A stretch of DNA of 64,000 nucleotides from Hamiltosporidium tvaerminnensis FI-OER-3-3. Its lineage: Eukaryota > Fungi > Microsporidia. The position numbers and the translations under genes were made by a program. Below are positions 48,779 through 63,230 of the stretch, one piece after another (positions within the stretch are counted from its first letter, which is position 1; every line of letters starts with the position of its first letter). Location of the stretch: NCBI GenBank assembly GCA_022605425.2, contig CM061254.1, positions 186,001 through 250,000 on the forward strand, given 5' to 3'. Under the pieces are notes generated by a model, which saw only the letters and a program-made list of their open reading frames with translations, did not search any database and was not told the DNA's origin.

Positions 48779-49834
48779 TGTTTGTATTTTGAATATCAAA
48801 TTTATTAAAGGCATTACGTGTGAGTTTAAAAAAATCATTATTATAAATTTTTTTGCGTAGAAATGACAATATTTAGAATAATCGAAAGGGAATATAAAAA
48901 GAAAAGGTGTAAATAAATATTTCAGACATAAATAGATTTTTTGTCTAAACCTTCTAGTATAATCTTTAAGTTATACCACGGAAGGTCTTAAGAACATACC
49001 TCAAATCTACAAAACAGCATATATATTATCAGTATATTTTCATATTTTAATCTATTTTTCTACTAGCCAAGAATATAAAAAAATTCACACCTAATTTACC
49101 AAAAAAAGTATGAAATAAATTTAGAGAAATAATGAAAGCATAATTTAGTATCAGCAATATATTGTCTTCATATATAAGCAATTCCTAGAAAACTCTATAC
49201 AACATAAGGCTGATTTTTCCTACAGATTCTTAAAATCTAAGCAAATTAATATAACCTTTAAAATAATAACCTTAAAAAGAATCTAATAACTGATTTATAT
49301 TATAAATTATAAGAATGAAAAGAATTTATATCAAATATAAAAAAGATTGTAAAAAAAGACGATTAGAAGAAAATATGCACGAAGTATTTATATAGAATCA
49401 TACCTACTTATTCTCGTTATCTTTTACCTTTTTAGGTGTTAAGATATATAGAATCATAAGACAAATTATTTTTTTTTACTTAATATAAATAAACAAAGAA
49501 AACAAAAATTAATAACTCTGAAAAATTCTTTTCATATAAATTTCTGTGATAAAATATTTTTATCAGCTTATTACTCATTTCTTCTACACTTTGAACATTA
49601 ACTCATTATTAAAATTATATTAAATTTAACAAAATATACTGGCAACTAAAAAAAAATATTTAAAGAAATTAAATGAATTCAATATTAAAAAATTTTATAA
49701 GTTCCAAATCATATTAGATTATTGAAAAAGTAATTTTTTAGTTATTGAAATAAAAATTTAATACACAAAATATATCTTAACAGTTCCCATATATAACGTT
49801 AACAGACGGCATTTAAATTAGATAAATTAAAATT

Positions 49835-49907
49835 CGAACTCACGGGGATTCGAACCCCGAATCTCCGGCTTCGTAGACCGACGCTTTAACCATTGAGCTA
49901 TGAGTCC
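49835..49907 (-). tRNA. tRNA-Arg(ACG)
   Basis: GGACTCATAGCTCAATGGTTAAAGCGTCGGTCTACGAAGCCGGAGATTCGGGGTTCGAATCCCCGTGAGTTCG: full cloverleaf, anticodon ACG. Confidence 0.96.
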
Positions 49908-50152
49908 TCTACTTCTGTAGTTTTGACAAATAAATCTTAGTATATAATTATTAAGAATTAAACTATTTTTTTAATCTTTCTAAGTCTTCATTTACATATT
50001 CATAAGTGCTTAAATTATAATTATTTTGAGGCGAATTAAATATAGAAATTCTATATATTTAACACAAATTATTAGCAGTCTTTCATTTTCTTTTTTATTT
50101 TAGAAGATTTTTTAAAACCGTTAATTTTAATAATAAAACAACTTTAACTACG

Positions 50153-50370
50153 AACACCAATTCCTTATCACTAACACCTCTTTGATTAATATCCATATCC
50201 CGGTAATTAACACTCCTTAGCTAAGAACACCAATTCCTTATCACTAACACCTCTTTGATTAATACCATATCCGTGTAATTAACACCCCTTTAGCTAACAA
50301 CACCAATTCTTTATCACTAACACCTCCTTGATTAATACCATATCCCGGTAATTAACACCCCTTTAGCTAA
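50153..50370. repeat. 3 x ~73-bp tandem repeat built from AACACC subunits
   Basis: Units start at 50153, 50226 and 50299. Confidence 0.85.
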
Positions 50371-50569
50371 GTAGACCGATGGCAGATAATTAAAACCCCT
50401 TTAATTACTATAAATAAACCCTACAACAGCCTAGTAATTAACACCACTTTATTTACATAACTTATAAAACACTGTATCATCTGCAATCTGTAGCAAAAAG
50501 GAAAGTAAAACACATCTGTAACACTTAAAGATTAAACAAAAGAAAATGTAAAACTACAAAACAAAAAAA

Positions 50570-51415
50570 ATGTCAGATCGACTCCCACAAGACATAAACA
50601 ATATAGAAATACCATCACGTGGCAGACCACGCAAGAAAGAGATGCATTTAGACGGATTAACCGACGAACAACGTATGGAATATTTCAATGCGAAAGGAAT
50701 ATCGCCCGGTCAACTTTTTGGCGATGATACTGGTATGAGAGATAGACGTACAGATTTCAACACATTTGATTATGGGGGACCACAACCAATGAATAACAAT
50801 CCTCAGCAGTATCCTCAGCCATACACACAGCCGCCATACTCTCAGCCATACACGCAGCCATATAATTCTTTTTATCCTGAATATCCTTTCTACCAGCCAC
50901 TGAATGACAATCCGTGGATGAATAGAAAAAAAAGAAAGAATAATCCTCTTCTCTGGCAATATATTAAACACCATCAAGATTTTTATCCAAATATACTTCA
51001 CCCGTCCAAATATAGTTCTTTAGATTTCATACAAGGCACAGATAAATCACAGAAGATGTATATCGGTACTATAAAACGAGCACCGCCTTTTATTGAGAAG
51101 AATAATCATAATTCTATTCTTCCTTTGTATCTGAACAGTGCCCATCCCACAGAGCAACAGCATATTGATGAGTTTAAAAAGATATCGACTAATTTTCTTA
51201 ATAAGACAGTAGAATTAGACTATGAAAATGTTACTGTACAGCAACTTAAGGCAATTATGAAAGAGTTTGGGTTGAATCATACTGGTAAAAAGATTGATTT
51301 GATTGACAGGGTCAAAACCACAATAACAAAAATAGAAGAGAGAAAGAGGAAAGATAAGAAACAAAGTCAGGAGATACCTGAGGATGATAAGGATTTGAAT
51401 TTTCTCTTTTTTTAA
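50570..51415 (+). CDS. Nuclear protein with AT-hook and SAP domain
   Basis: RGRPRK near N-terminus; YENVTVQQLKAIMKEFGLNHTGKKIDLIDRV is a SAP motif; QPY-rich middle. Confidence 0.85.
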   Translation: MSDRLPQDINNIEIPSRGRPRKKEMHLDGLTDEQRMEYFNAKGISPGQLFGDDTGMRDRRTDFNTFDYGGPQPMNNNPQQYPQPYTQPPYSQPYTQPYNSFYPEYPFYQPLNDNPWMNRKKRKNNPLLWQYIKHHQDFYPNILHPSKYSSLDFIQGTDKSQKMYIGTIKRAPPFIEKNNHNSILPLYLNSAHPTEQQHIDEFKKISTNFLNKTVELDYENVTVQQLKAIMKEFGLNHTGKKIDLIDRVKTTITKIEERKRKDKKQSQEIPEDDKDLNFLFF

Positions 51416-51464
51416 AAAATAAATATAGAAAAAGGAAGGAGAAAAGGTGATAAATTATAAATAG

Positions 51465-51730
51465 AATTTAAGGGTGTTAATTTTGAAATATAAAGGAGGT
51501 GTTAATTATATAGGGATGAGACGGGGTGTTAATTAAACAGACTCGTAGTGTGTTAATTATCAATTGTATAGGAGGTGTTAATTATATAGAGATGGGAAGG
51601 GTGTTATTTATAAATAGCGTCATGGGGTGTTAACTTATTTAACGTATAGAAGGTATCAATTATATAGACATATAAATAAATGGTGTTAACTATACTAATA
51701 TATGTAGTAATTTATAAAAGATGTTAAGTA
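51465..51730. repeat. GGGTGTTAA array downstream of the SAP gene
   Basis: Repeated ggtgttaa units about 28 bp apart, mirror image of the upstream array. Confidence 0.7.
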
Positions 51731-54700
51731 TATAAAAGTTATAACAAATTTATAAAAAGTTTTAAACCAAAGAACAAATGTATAAAAACGATTAAAATAC
51801 CAATTAATATTGTTTTATAGATTCGACCAAGACTATATTTATTAAATTTTGTATAATTTGTAAATTTATTTGTTATTTTATATTAGAATAGAATATAGAC
51901 AAACTTATAAGTAAAAAATGATGTTTTAGATAATTTTTGCTGCAATAAATCTACTTTTATATACTTTTTTTAAAAAACAGCCGAATTATTGGCTTTAGCA
52001 GAATAATTTGCTGCGAATACATCAATAAAACATCGGCTAATTAATATAAAATATGAAATGAAGATAATTACTAGAAATACAGAAAATGATAACATAGAAA
52101 CCTTATAACGAATGCGAAGGGAAAAACCATGAGAAAATTGTGAAATATGAGCGGTCAATTCATCTTATCAAAAAACATTTGTTTCTTTATAAAACTGACT
52201 ATGTAATTTTTTTTAGCGATTTTGGTTGTGTGTTTTTTGTGTAATTCGAGAAGAAATTGTTTTTCTCAATCTCAATAACATAAAAGTGTGTTTAACTGAT
52301 CTTAATATACATTTGACTCGATTTATATTAAAATAAAAATACGGTTTAAATGTATTTAAATTTACTAACATTATACCAAGTAAAACCTAAAATTCTCTTT
52401 AAAATATGAATGGAAAGAGATTCAGAAAGCATAATTATGTTTATTCAATGAATGCTAAGAAATTCAAGCGGTTAAACTATGAATTAGAAATTTATATTTT
52501 TTAAAACAAATTTTTGAAGCAAGCCTAAAGATTAAGCTTTGGGTAAATATTTGAATATACAAGAAACCTAATTGAACAGCAGATTAAACTTTAATATTTA
52601 AATCGGACACGCGTAAAGTTCCGCTTGAACAATAGGATAATTTAATTTTAACATTTCAGATAAGTTTTAAAAAACATCACCTCTTTAATAGTTCTAAGCA
52701 AGATTAATTGAGCATTTTAAAGGATGAAATTGTAATTTTCCAATTAATCATAGAATTGCTCATCAAGATATGAAATTTCAAACACAATAAAATAAAATAT
52801 TTAGCGAAATAAAAGCCACAATCTTTACTAATTCACATTTGAAAATACAGAATAGATTCATTACAATAATAATATAAATATAGAAAAAGAAAATCGAGTA
52901 TAATATATAGAGATTTAATATCTAATTAGTCACGATTTCAACAAAATATGTAAAGAATATCTTTTTTGGAAATAAATGTCAATAAAGCATATATTTTGAG
53001 CCGATTTGATATGTGAGAACTAAATGATTCTAGGAGCTACAAAACCAAGTTTAGTAATGCAATTGTAAAATACTAATACTTATGTATATCGAGCCAGGTA
53101 TCATTATTCAAGCTAAATTCGGAAAGGTTATTACATTAAACCCGTTATTTTCTTTCATAATTGGTTAATTGTAGCAAATAATTTGATATAAAGAAAAAAG
53201 AAAAAACTTGTAAATTTTACCAGATGAAATTCTTATACTATTGCTAAGCCGTATTTATTTTTAATTAAAATAATTGATCAAACTTTCTGTTCCATTCAAA
53301 ATATACGTTCAAACATCTGATCCTTAACCACATAATTATCAATGTTTTATAGTTCTCTTCAATAGGTGTCTTTTTTTGCTATTTAAGCAAGATAATTAGA
53401 CAAAATAACATACATCATTAATATTTTTTACAAAACATACGGAATTAGATGAGCATTACAAACCAGAGATCCATTTTTAAGCATCATAGTTTACTTCGGT
53501 TTTCTGATTAAAAATAATTTCTTGAAAGCGTTAATTTATATAGACTTTCTTTTTGCTCTAAGTCATTTTTTTGGAAAGATAAGCAGGTGACTTTATTGCC
53601 TTATGATAAAATTTATGTCTTTTCAGTTCGATTTCGTCTATAATTTATTTCGCTTTATATCAATTTATATAAATCGATATTTTTTTTAAAAAATCTTATT
53701 TTTAAAAGAATGTGTTTACTTCTACATCATTCTGAGTAATAAATTTATCCAGTAAAACTAAATAGCCTAATACTAAATTAAGTTACATGGATCTATCTCA
53801 CTTTTTATTTAAAGAAAAATATAATACGAGCTTGATATCAATATATCTCGGAGAAATTCGTTTATTTTTAATATATTATGAAAATCAGAATTTTTATAAA
53901 ATTTTTCTGATAAAAATTAAATAGAATTATGAATTTTTTTTAATTGGAATTTTCTAATGATGCATATTTTTTAAAAAGATTTTTTATATAAAATTTGAAT
54001 AGTAAAGCGGTATAGAATTTTTCTAAAACGATTTTAATAATACTTCAATTTGTTTAAAAACGTTATTAAGAATATTTTTAGTCTTCATGAATTTTTTCAC
54101 AGAGATATTATTTTTGCAGTGTAAAATATCTTTTTTTTAACTTATGCTTTTACCTTGATAAACACACCAAATAGGATAAAATGTAATAGAAATTACATAA
54201 ATCGAAGAACTTAATAGCAAATTTCAGTTGAAGGTTTGTATTTGATTTTCATAATTACAGGTTTTCTCACGATTAAAACACTTTTTTTAATATAAAAGCC
54301 TAAACTATCTATTAGAGTTCGTAAGAGTAGAAATAAAAATGAATAAACTTTTTAAAGAAGAGATATATAGTTCTATCTTATTTTTTTTGGAGGAATACAG
54401 AATAATATTATTGAGCAAGCTACCATATTGAAGTCAAAACAATGATTTAATTTTTTATTAGTTGAAACATGAAAGCTTTAAGTATAATTAAAAGTCATTT
54501 TGAAATAATTTTTATTGGAAAATTCTATAATCGTTTGTTATATTTAGTTCGAAAGTTTATTATAATATATAAGCTTTAGAATTTAGCTAATTTAATGATA
54601 TTATGAATTTTTAAAAACAGAATCTCGTAGTTTAAGATTAATAAAAATATTATTTCTAATAATATTTAATAAAAGAAATATAATTTAGATTTTTAAATTC

Positions 54701-56051
54701 CGAATTATTATAACAGAAGTAAATTAGGATAAATATTAAAAGTAACTATATTAGAAGATAATTAATTCGAACCAACTATATTTAATAGATTATGATACAG
54801 TCTTAAAGGTTTTTGATGTAGAAAGCTAAGGTTTTTTGCGATAGTAATTTTAAAAACCATGATTTGTTAATTAATAAATTAATTAAATAGATTGGTACAT
54901 ATTTTCATAAAAATATTTACGAGTTATCAAAAGAAACTTATATTTCTTCCTATTCAAAAAAAACACCACTAAAACGAAGAGACTAAAATCAAGCTGATAT
55001 TCTTGTTTTCTTGCTAGAAAATATTTGAATTATCTTTTTTGTTAATAAACTATAATGGAATTTACACCTTAAAAATTAATATTTATTTTTTTGTCGTTAA
55101 TATATTCAGTATTTTATAACCTGAGTCGAATCTTACATTTAAATTTTACATCTGCTTGGCATATAGAATCACATTAATTCAATTTGAAACAAAATCTAAA
55201 ATTTAATGTTAAAAACACCCTCTCAGAAATAGTTAGTACAAATTAAAAAAAAATGATTTTTTAGAATAAATTATATATTCGAATTTTATTTTAATTTATT
55301 AACATGAGGTATATCTTTTGTCTAGAAAATACAATTTAAAAAAAATTAAATAAAGAAAATAAAAATTTTCAATATCTCCTTCCATAAAAGAGCGAATGAA
55401 TATAATAGAATAATTTGACTATAGAAATTATTCTAATCTAAAAAAATTAGTTCAAAAAAAGTATTTATAGAGCGAAAAATACCAGATATTATGAATAATT
55501 CAGAAGCAAACCCTAGATATACACTTTAAGATAAAATTTATTTAATTATCAAACTTTCAATCTAAATGGTCAATTTAGAACAAATAAAATTTTAGGAAAT
55601 TTATAAATCAATAATAAAGGTATACGGATTAAAAAATGGTTAAAATGAACACAATATCTAAGCGCCACATATTCATGTAAGAAGAAGTCCTTCTACAGCG
55701 CTGTCATAAAAATTCATTCACGACCATTTAGCGATAATTATCACTGCAAAAATTAAGAATATTGTAAATTATGATGGAATAGATTCTTTATCTTGACAGC
55801 TATACAAATTCTTAATAGCTATAAATTTATAAAATTACACCAATGATGTATATTTATCCTATTAATAAAAGTATGGAAAGCTTTAATAATAATTTTAATA
55901 AACATTTTATTTTCAAGATTCTTTTCTCAAATTTTTTTTATAAATATATTTGTTTATAAAGTTTCTATGGTTTAAACCAAAGGAAACATTTCTAAAAAAT
56001 TTGCTTTGCAGATTTAGACACAAAAAGAATTTTTTATTAGTAGATAGTGAT

Positions 56052-56283
56052 ATAAACATTTTTTTTAATGTTATATACTTTTGAGTCTTTGAGTATACAA
56101 GGCAAGATTAAATTGAATTTACTTCATAAACATTTTTTTTAATGTTATATACTTTTGAGTCTTTGAGTATACAAGGCAAGATTAAATTGAATTTACTCAT
56201 AAACATTTTTTTTAATGTTATATACTTTTAATTCTTTGAGTATACAAGGCAAGATTAAATTGGAGTTTCCTCATAAACATTTT
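56052..56283. repeat. 3 x ~74-bp tandem repeat
   Basis: ataaacatttt..gagtatacaaggcaagattaaattg units at 56052, 56126 and 56199. Confidence 0.9.
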
Positions 56284-56777
56284 AAACTTCTTTTTTTTTA
56301 AAAAATAATATAATATTAATTAAATTTTAAAAAAATCACCAATAGCGGCTAATCGATTCACGAAATCACATATTTCTAGAAATAGAATATAATGAGTTCT
56401 GGAAATAAATAATACAACAGGTTTATAAACTTAAATATTTTTTTATAAAAAATTATAGTTTTATTCTTATTGCAAATTTTAATCGAAACAATGCAAATAT
56501 AAAAAAATAGACTTTATATTAAATTTAAAATTTGAAAAATCGAAATGATAAATTTATCTCAATTCATACTTTAATAATTTAATAAATCTTCCAAATTACT
56601 TTATAAATACAGAATTTTCTTGCTATATTCAATATAGTATAAATATTATTTAGATAATTTGATTTAATTAAATCCTAATATAATGGCATCTTTGTATTTT
56701 ACATACAGTTTAGATTAAAAATATTTGGTTGTACATATTCAAAGGATGCCAATAGATATGAGATGTAATTATTCATG

Positions 56778-56850
56778 TGAAAGCTAGAACCGCTTCAATC
56801 GAGAAAAAAATATAACATATGCCACTTCTATAAAAAGATATAATATTCAA
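56778..56850 (+). mobile_element. Isolated 3' tail fragment of the structured element
   Basis: ctagaaccgc..aaaaatataacatatgccacttctataaaaagat matches ctagaaccgcg..aaatataacacttgccact..aaaagat. Confidence 0.5.
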
Positions 56851-59800
56851 CCATAGAAAATCAATGCATCAAATTTTAACAAAGAAATCGAAAATATAGA
56901 TGAACCAAATATAATCATAATTAAATAACATGGATTTTATTAAATTAAACGTTTGAGACTTTTTTATTGCTTATAATTTCATTTATACAACCAAAAGAAT
57001 ATGATTTAAGAAGATAAACTTTGCAAGTTATATGAAGATAATATGAAATGCGTCTATTGGATCGGATTAAGCGGTAAATCAAATTAGATGGAAAAGCATT
57101 TACAGATTTCTACAATGTGATATGACACAAATATTTTACGATTCGAATTTTTTGTGTCGGTTCAGTGACTCAACACACAAAGCACCGTTTTTTAAATACA
57201 GAACATTTTTAGGATCAAATCGGTTTGCTTCTACAATTAGAAGATTGCTTAAAAAACATTTCTTATAAATTTATTTGCAATCTTTTCATCAATATAAAAT
57301 TTTTAATTCTTACAAAAGTAATTTTCAGGCCCAACCTAGAGTTTTTTGAATGAAGCTTTCATCAAATTTTAATTTTATTATATTTTAGATAAACAATTTT
57401 ATTGTTTAAAATCAATTTTATAATATTTCAAAACTATTCATTTAATACACTTTAAATATAAAACTATTCGAGTAAATATTTTTCTTGTAAATTGATGAAT
57501 CTAGAAATGTAAAAAGTTAACCTTTTTTGTTATGTGTATCACTATTTCAAATTATTAATTCGAATTTCTTCTGATTTCTATTTTATAGTTCTATACCGAA
57601 TAAAAGACACAAATAAATAAGAAACTTTATTTCATCAAATTAACAGTTACAAAAATAAATAAATATTTTTCGAAACATAATATGAACTAATCTATCAATA
57701 TACTGGAAAATGAGAATAATATGAGAACAAAGATCAATATAGGTTATTAAATAGCTATACCTACAACACTTCACAGATGAATTTGCATTTTTTCAATAAA
57801 AATTAGATTAAGGATTTCAAAAAAGTGAATGAATATTAAATAAATTTAATATTAAAACAAGAGACAGTTTAAACATTTTATAAAATTCGGTTTACGTAAA
57901 AAAATTTGTTATAAGCATATTGTAGTTTTCACATAATCTTAAAAGCTATCACAATATACGATTTTCTCTGTGAAATATATTTTTGTATAATTATATTATT
58001 GAAATCACAAAATTGTTGATTCAAAGAACAATAATTGAAACCAGAATTTATTACGTTAATTACTCATATAAATATCGGAATAAAATACTTGAAATAATTG
58101 CTTCTTTATGTTGTAATAAACAAATTCATAATACTTAGTTCGGGTGAACAATGTATTATATAAATAGAAAAAAGAAAAAAAGAGATTTAATCGGCAATAA
58201 AAATTTTGTCAATTTTATTTGCTGCTTGACAACTTTTCAGCATTCAATATTTTTTATTTTATATGGTGAAAAAATAATGTCGTTCTAACAAAAATTAATC
58301 TTTTAACTCATGATAGATCATTAATTAGTTTTAAATTCTTTCAAATATCTTTAGGTTTTTGCGTATACCGCAGATCTTCATCGGATTCCACAATTTTTTT
58401 ATTTTTGGCATTTCGTGAAAAAATCAAACAAAAGCAATGTTTTGTTAAAATGTATATAGGAACGATGCAAATCAAGGTTCAAATCCAAATTATATTAATT
58501 TCAAATCCAAAAATATCAATATATGTACCAAATATTGCATATAATTGTTTTTGTACTCATGACCTATAAAAATCTAAGAAATAAAGTCAAAAAAAATTCA
58601 ATTCAAGAACATTTATATTTTTTAGGTTCTAAGAAAAGTAGCTAGTATATTTAGATTACAAAACCAATAAAACTAAGAGTTATATTTCATTATGAAACAT
58701 CAAAGCTAAGAGGGATTTTAAGAACATAAATGCACTAGGAGAAGACTAGTTTATAAGTTTAACATAAATATTTCTGCATATAAATTCATAAAGACTAATA
58801 AAAACCTTTGGAGCTAAGAATTTAATTAGAGGGATATAAGAATAAACTAGAACTAATGAAAGCCGTCTTTGATTGCAATAATGTTTATTGAAACCTTTTG
58901 CATTATTTAGACACCAAAGTTATAAATCAAAAGTCTAGAATTTGAATTAAGATAAACTCAAATACAAACTTAACTTAATATGTGGCATAAAAACATATTT
59001 TAAATGTGTATTTATAAAGTTGAGTTAACAATATAAATAGATTTGGATCTGTGAATCTCCTAAATAACTGAGTCAGAAAGTGTTTACATTCCGTGCATCC
59101 ATATAAATTTAAAAATATTCCTACATTTAATTTTTACTCCTGTCATAAAATAAAAGTCTCAACTGATCGATTTTAAGCCTTTAGAAGATCGAGAGTTATT
59201 ACATTTGCCCCTTTTCCATATGTGTTACCAGAAGTTTAAATTATTTCTAAATTTGAAGAAATTTTATATGCAGATTTTTCACATACAAATATAAAGAATG
59301 ATATCTTGAGATTTTATGTGTATTAAAATTGCGTTCTCCAGACGCAGCAAAAATATAAACATATATAAACGAAATGTAATATAAAAGGTTTTATTTTTGA
59401 AAGTAACCCACTCAATATGATTTCCATTTCGATACCTTTTTCATAGCATTTAAGCATCCCTTATCTAGTTTATTAAATTTATAGTCATCTGGACTATATA
59501 TAGCCTAGGAACTTTGTTTTGAGTGTCATTCTTGTAATTTTTTGTCTAAAATCTCAAAAAGAATACATTATTTGTCAGAAAAAAAGTTGCTTTTACTAAT
59601 GTAGCTCAGTTCCTACAAGAAGTCGATATAACTTCTATGTTTCGTATTTATTTTTATAAAAATAACATTTGACATTTAAAGAATAAATCTATAAATATTT
59701 TTCTTGCATTGGCATGATTTCTGTCAACATCCGAAATCATATTATTAGTGTGAATTTCTTCGTTTCAGCAGAGTATTTTGAACAAAAGATTCGAAGGATC

Positions 59801-61911
59801 TTTTAGCTTGATTGTTTAAATTGATTACCAAATCTCTTTAATTTTAACTATAAATTACTTTTCTTTTTCCGATTAAATTTAACTAAGGTTTATTTTTAAT
59901 TAGCTTTTGCATTTTTTTTGTCACCGCTCTTCAATAGTAGATAGATCTATATCAAATATTTCTCCTAAGTTCTGTAGAATGAGAACTTATTTAAATAATA
60001 ATGTGGTATCTTTATAATATCTACTAAATACAGACAGATTTCTTAGTTATGTTATAATGTTTCTATGCTGATATTTTCTTTGATGAAATCATCTTTTAAT
60101 TTACTTGTTAGTCTTCTTACAATTTATATAAGGCAGAGCGTCTTTGGAAGAAAAATTTTTTGCGTAAACCTTTAACTTTGATCTATACATGATTTTATAT
60201 GAAGCAGAGGTTATGCCAATATGATGACCTCGGGTTTTCAAAATCCTAACGAAAAGTAAGGTTTCGAAATATTAATTTCTCTTGTTGTTCTCTACCTCAA
60301 ACAAAAAATATCTCATACACAATTAGTAAAACTTTCTACATAACCTTGACTTGCAAGTGTCGTGGCTTCCCATGCCTAGCGTATACATAACTCACATTTA
60401 CATAGAAATTTAATAGACTTTAGCAAATACTCATCCCTCGGCTTTCTTCATTATAGGAGCTGCTCTAAAAATTGTTAAAATCTCTAAATTACTCTACAAC
60501 CTTCGTCTATACATATGTTCTGGTATGTTAAACTTTAATAAATCTAGTTTAATTATATTGGTATACAAACATGGATTTTACTATTCAATAGACTGACTAC
60601 ATATCAATCAATGGAATTGGCGTCTTGAATTCCTTTTTTAGGTAATGGGTTCTTTCCGATCCATTCTTTTTTTGATAAATTGGTTATTTTTCAGGTTATA
60701 TACATAATCTATATGAGCTACACTTATTTCACCTGTGATATTTTTATACTATAAATTTTTACATTTGCCATAAGATATAACCACCATCTTAGTCAACTTG
60801 TGCCCCATTTAAACTTTAAGTGCCTATCTCATTTACGTAAAACTATATCGTACCTCGGCCCTCTCCAAATCGACTCTTTCTTTTTGCCTCCTCCAATATC
60901 TATGCTGTAAACTGGCATATATACTGACAATCTTCTAATTTTTTTTAACACATTCTTTTACGATGCTTCAACTCTTTCTATTTACTCTAATTGTTGTAGT
61001 TTTGCACATTTGTGTGTTCTTAAATCTTAATGGCACAATTTATAAAAAAGTTAATCAAAACGATAGGCTAAAGTATTTACAATTATCAGCACCGGTTGCT
61101 TCATTTAATTTTTTGTGAAACAAAGAAAAGATTGATCAAAATGACCTTATTGAAACAACTATTTCGTAAAAAATAAATATTACAAGTGAACATATGAGAA
61201 AAGCATGAAATCGACCAGCGATAATTATACCGGACGTAATTTTCAAAGTCTCTGTCAATTTATTAAGCACCAGCGAAATCATAGAAGTCAATATTGATTA
61301 GTATTATAAAATAAATCTTAAATTGCCGTGAAACTATTAGATTTTTCGTTTTTATTGTTTTAAAATTTTGATTTTAAAGTCCCTATCATTACTCCCTTGA
61401 CTAATTAGATAGTCGTAGTTTATATAATCAACAGTACTTATATAAACTTTCAAGACTTTTTCTTGAGCGCGATGAAGAGAACGGGATTCAAGATGAAATA
61501 CGACTGTAATTGAAATAATACATGTCTGGTGTTCATTCAGTGGGTTGAAAGCTAATAACACATATAATTCTTAAAAAATATATAGCACAAAAAAAAACTT
61601 TGCCTAATTTTATGCGAAAAATTAAGAAATCAGATTATAGTGCATTATATTGGAAAGAAGATTTAATAAAAGAATTTAAAAATAGCCGTATTTGGAGAAA
61701 AAACATAAATGAAAAAGCTCTCGCATACTATGCTGTAAAAAATAAATTTAACTTGATCAACTATTAAAATAAATGCTAAAACACGAAAATAAAATTTACT
61801 GATAATTTTAAATAAACTTCCATCTCAATAAAAATTTGTTTTGTGAAAATCTATTTACTAAAGCATATCTACCACATATCTATATATATCTCCTTTGCAA
61901 ACACTAAATAA

Positions 61912-63230
61912 TTAAAAAATTCTCAAGGTCATAGGTTTTATTAAGTATTCAATCTTACGGTTGTCATAACTTAAACAAAAGTCAAGAAAGTATTTTGTAT
62001 TGCTAGATATATTCTTAAATATAAAATATCTTGGATCTGATTTTCTCACTATTTCTATCATTTCATAATCATTTTTATTCGTTACACACAGATAAAAAAA
62101 ATATTTTGTTTTCCACTTGTTAACTGTTTGTTCCGCGTTACACCAATTGAAATTAAATTCAAACGTGATATATGAATGTTTTAATAAAATTTTGAATTTG
62201 TAATCATAATCTTCTTTAGTTTTTAACGATAAGAAATAATGAAATTCTGTGTTATGGCTAAACGATTTAAATTCAAAATTTCTTAGTGGATATGACAGTA
62301 TAATATCTTCATATAGAGCTGGATCACATGAGAACCCAAAAGATATTATATACTGCTTCATTGCAGTTTTCAGTGTCGTTTTCCGAATTAAGGTATCTTC
62401 TTCGTATAATACAGATCCAATTGTATCAATAATATAGAGATTATAATTACCAAACAAATAATACGTGTTTTTTCCAAATGCTTCATTAAATAACTTAATC
62501 ATTTTGGATTTATCAATATTTTCATTGGGTGTTTCAACTTCTGAGAATATTTTAACGGATAAAAAATCATACTTATATTTAATCAATGTTGAAGTCAGTA
62601 ATTGATATGTGTAGGGTATATTTTTTGTTATTCCATTGCTTACATCCTCTATTGAAATTTAAGATATATCTTTACAATGAAAAATTGAGATTTTGCGCAA
62701 ACATTTATACATTTGAAATAATAAAAATAGGAAGAACTTAAATCCTTTTGACTTAAAATTTTGCAGCTGTTTCGTACAGAATCTGCTCTGTATGAAAAAG
62801 ATGGAGATCATGCAAATGATACCGACCAAGTATGATGATATATTTGTTTTATGTGAAACGCTTTGAATATAATTTGTTTAAATGGAAATTTCGTATTCAA
62901 ATCTGCCGTATATAGATTTATATTATATACACTTTAGCTCTTTGATTCAAGATAATTTAATATTGAGCTAGTTGCAAGTTCAAGATGAATATCATAAAAC
63001 ATTAAATATGTAAAATCCATTGAAATTGATTGTGAGAGAAGCTGTTTTGTCTCCATATTATATAAATCAAGTGATTTTTTCATGAGGTATTCTCTATATT
63101 CATCTATATCGTAATACTTCCCAGTAAAATCCGTAGGCTTGCAAAAGCTAATAAACGTACAAAAAACTAGAAAATTTTTCTTGAATATTTCAACCATTCC
63201 GTTCATGTTTGGGTTAGTGGAAAATTTCAT
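61912..63230 (-). pseudogene. Probable disrupted orphan gene (ORFs 62934-63230 and 61912-62586)
   Basis: Two co-oriented ORFs, the first with a signal-like segment and the second with no ATG at its start, separated by coding-like sequence. Confidence 0.4.

Noticed and set aside
56052-56283. CRISPR-like appearance of the tandem repeats here and at 50153, 22050 and 14182
   Set aside because: Units are contiguous with no unique spacers, there are no cas genes, and the context is eukaryotic.
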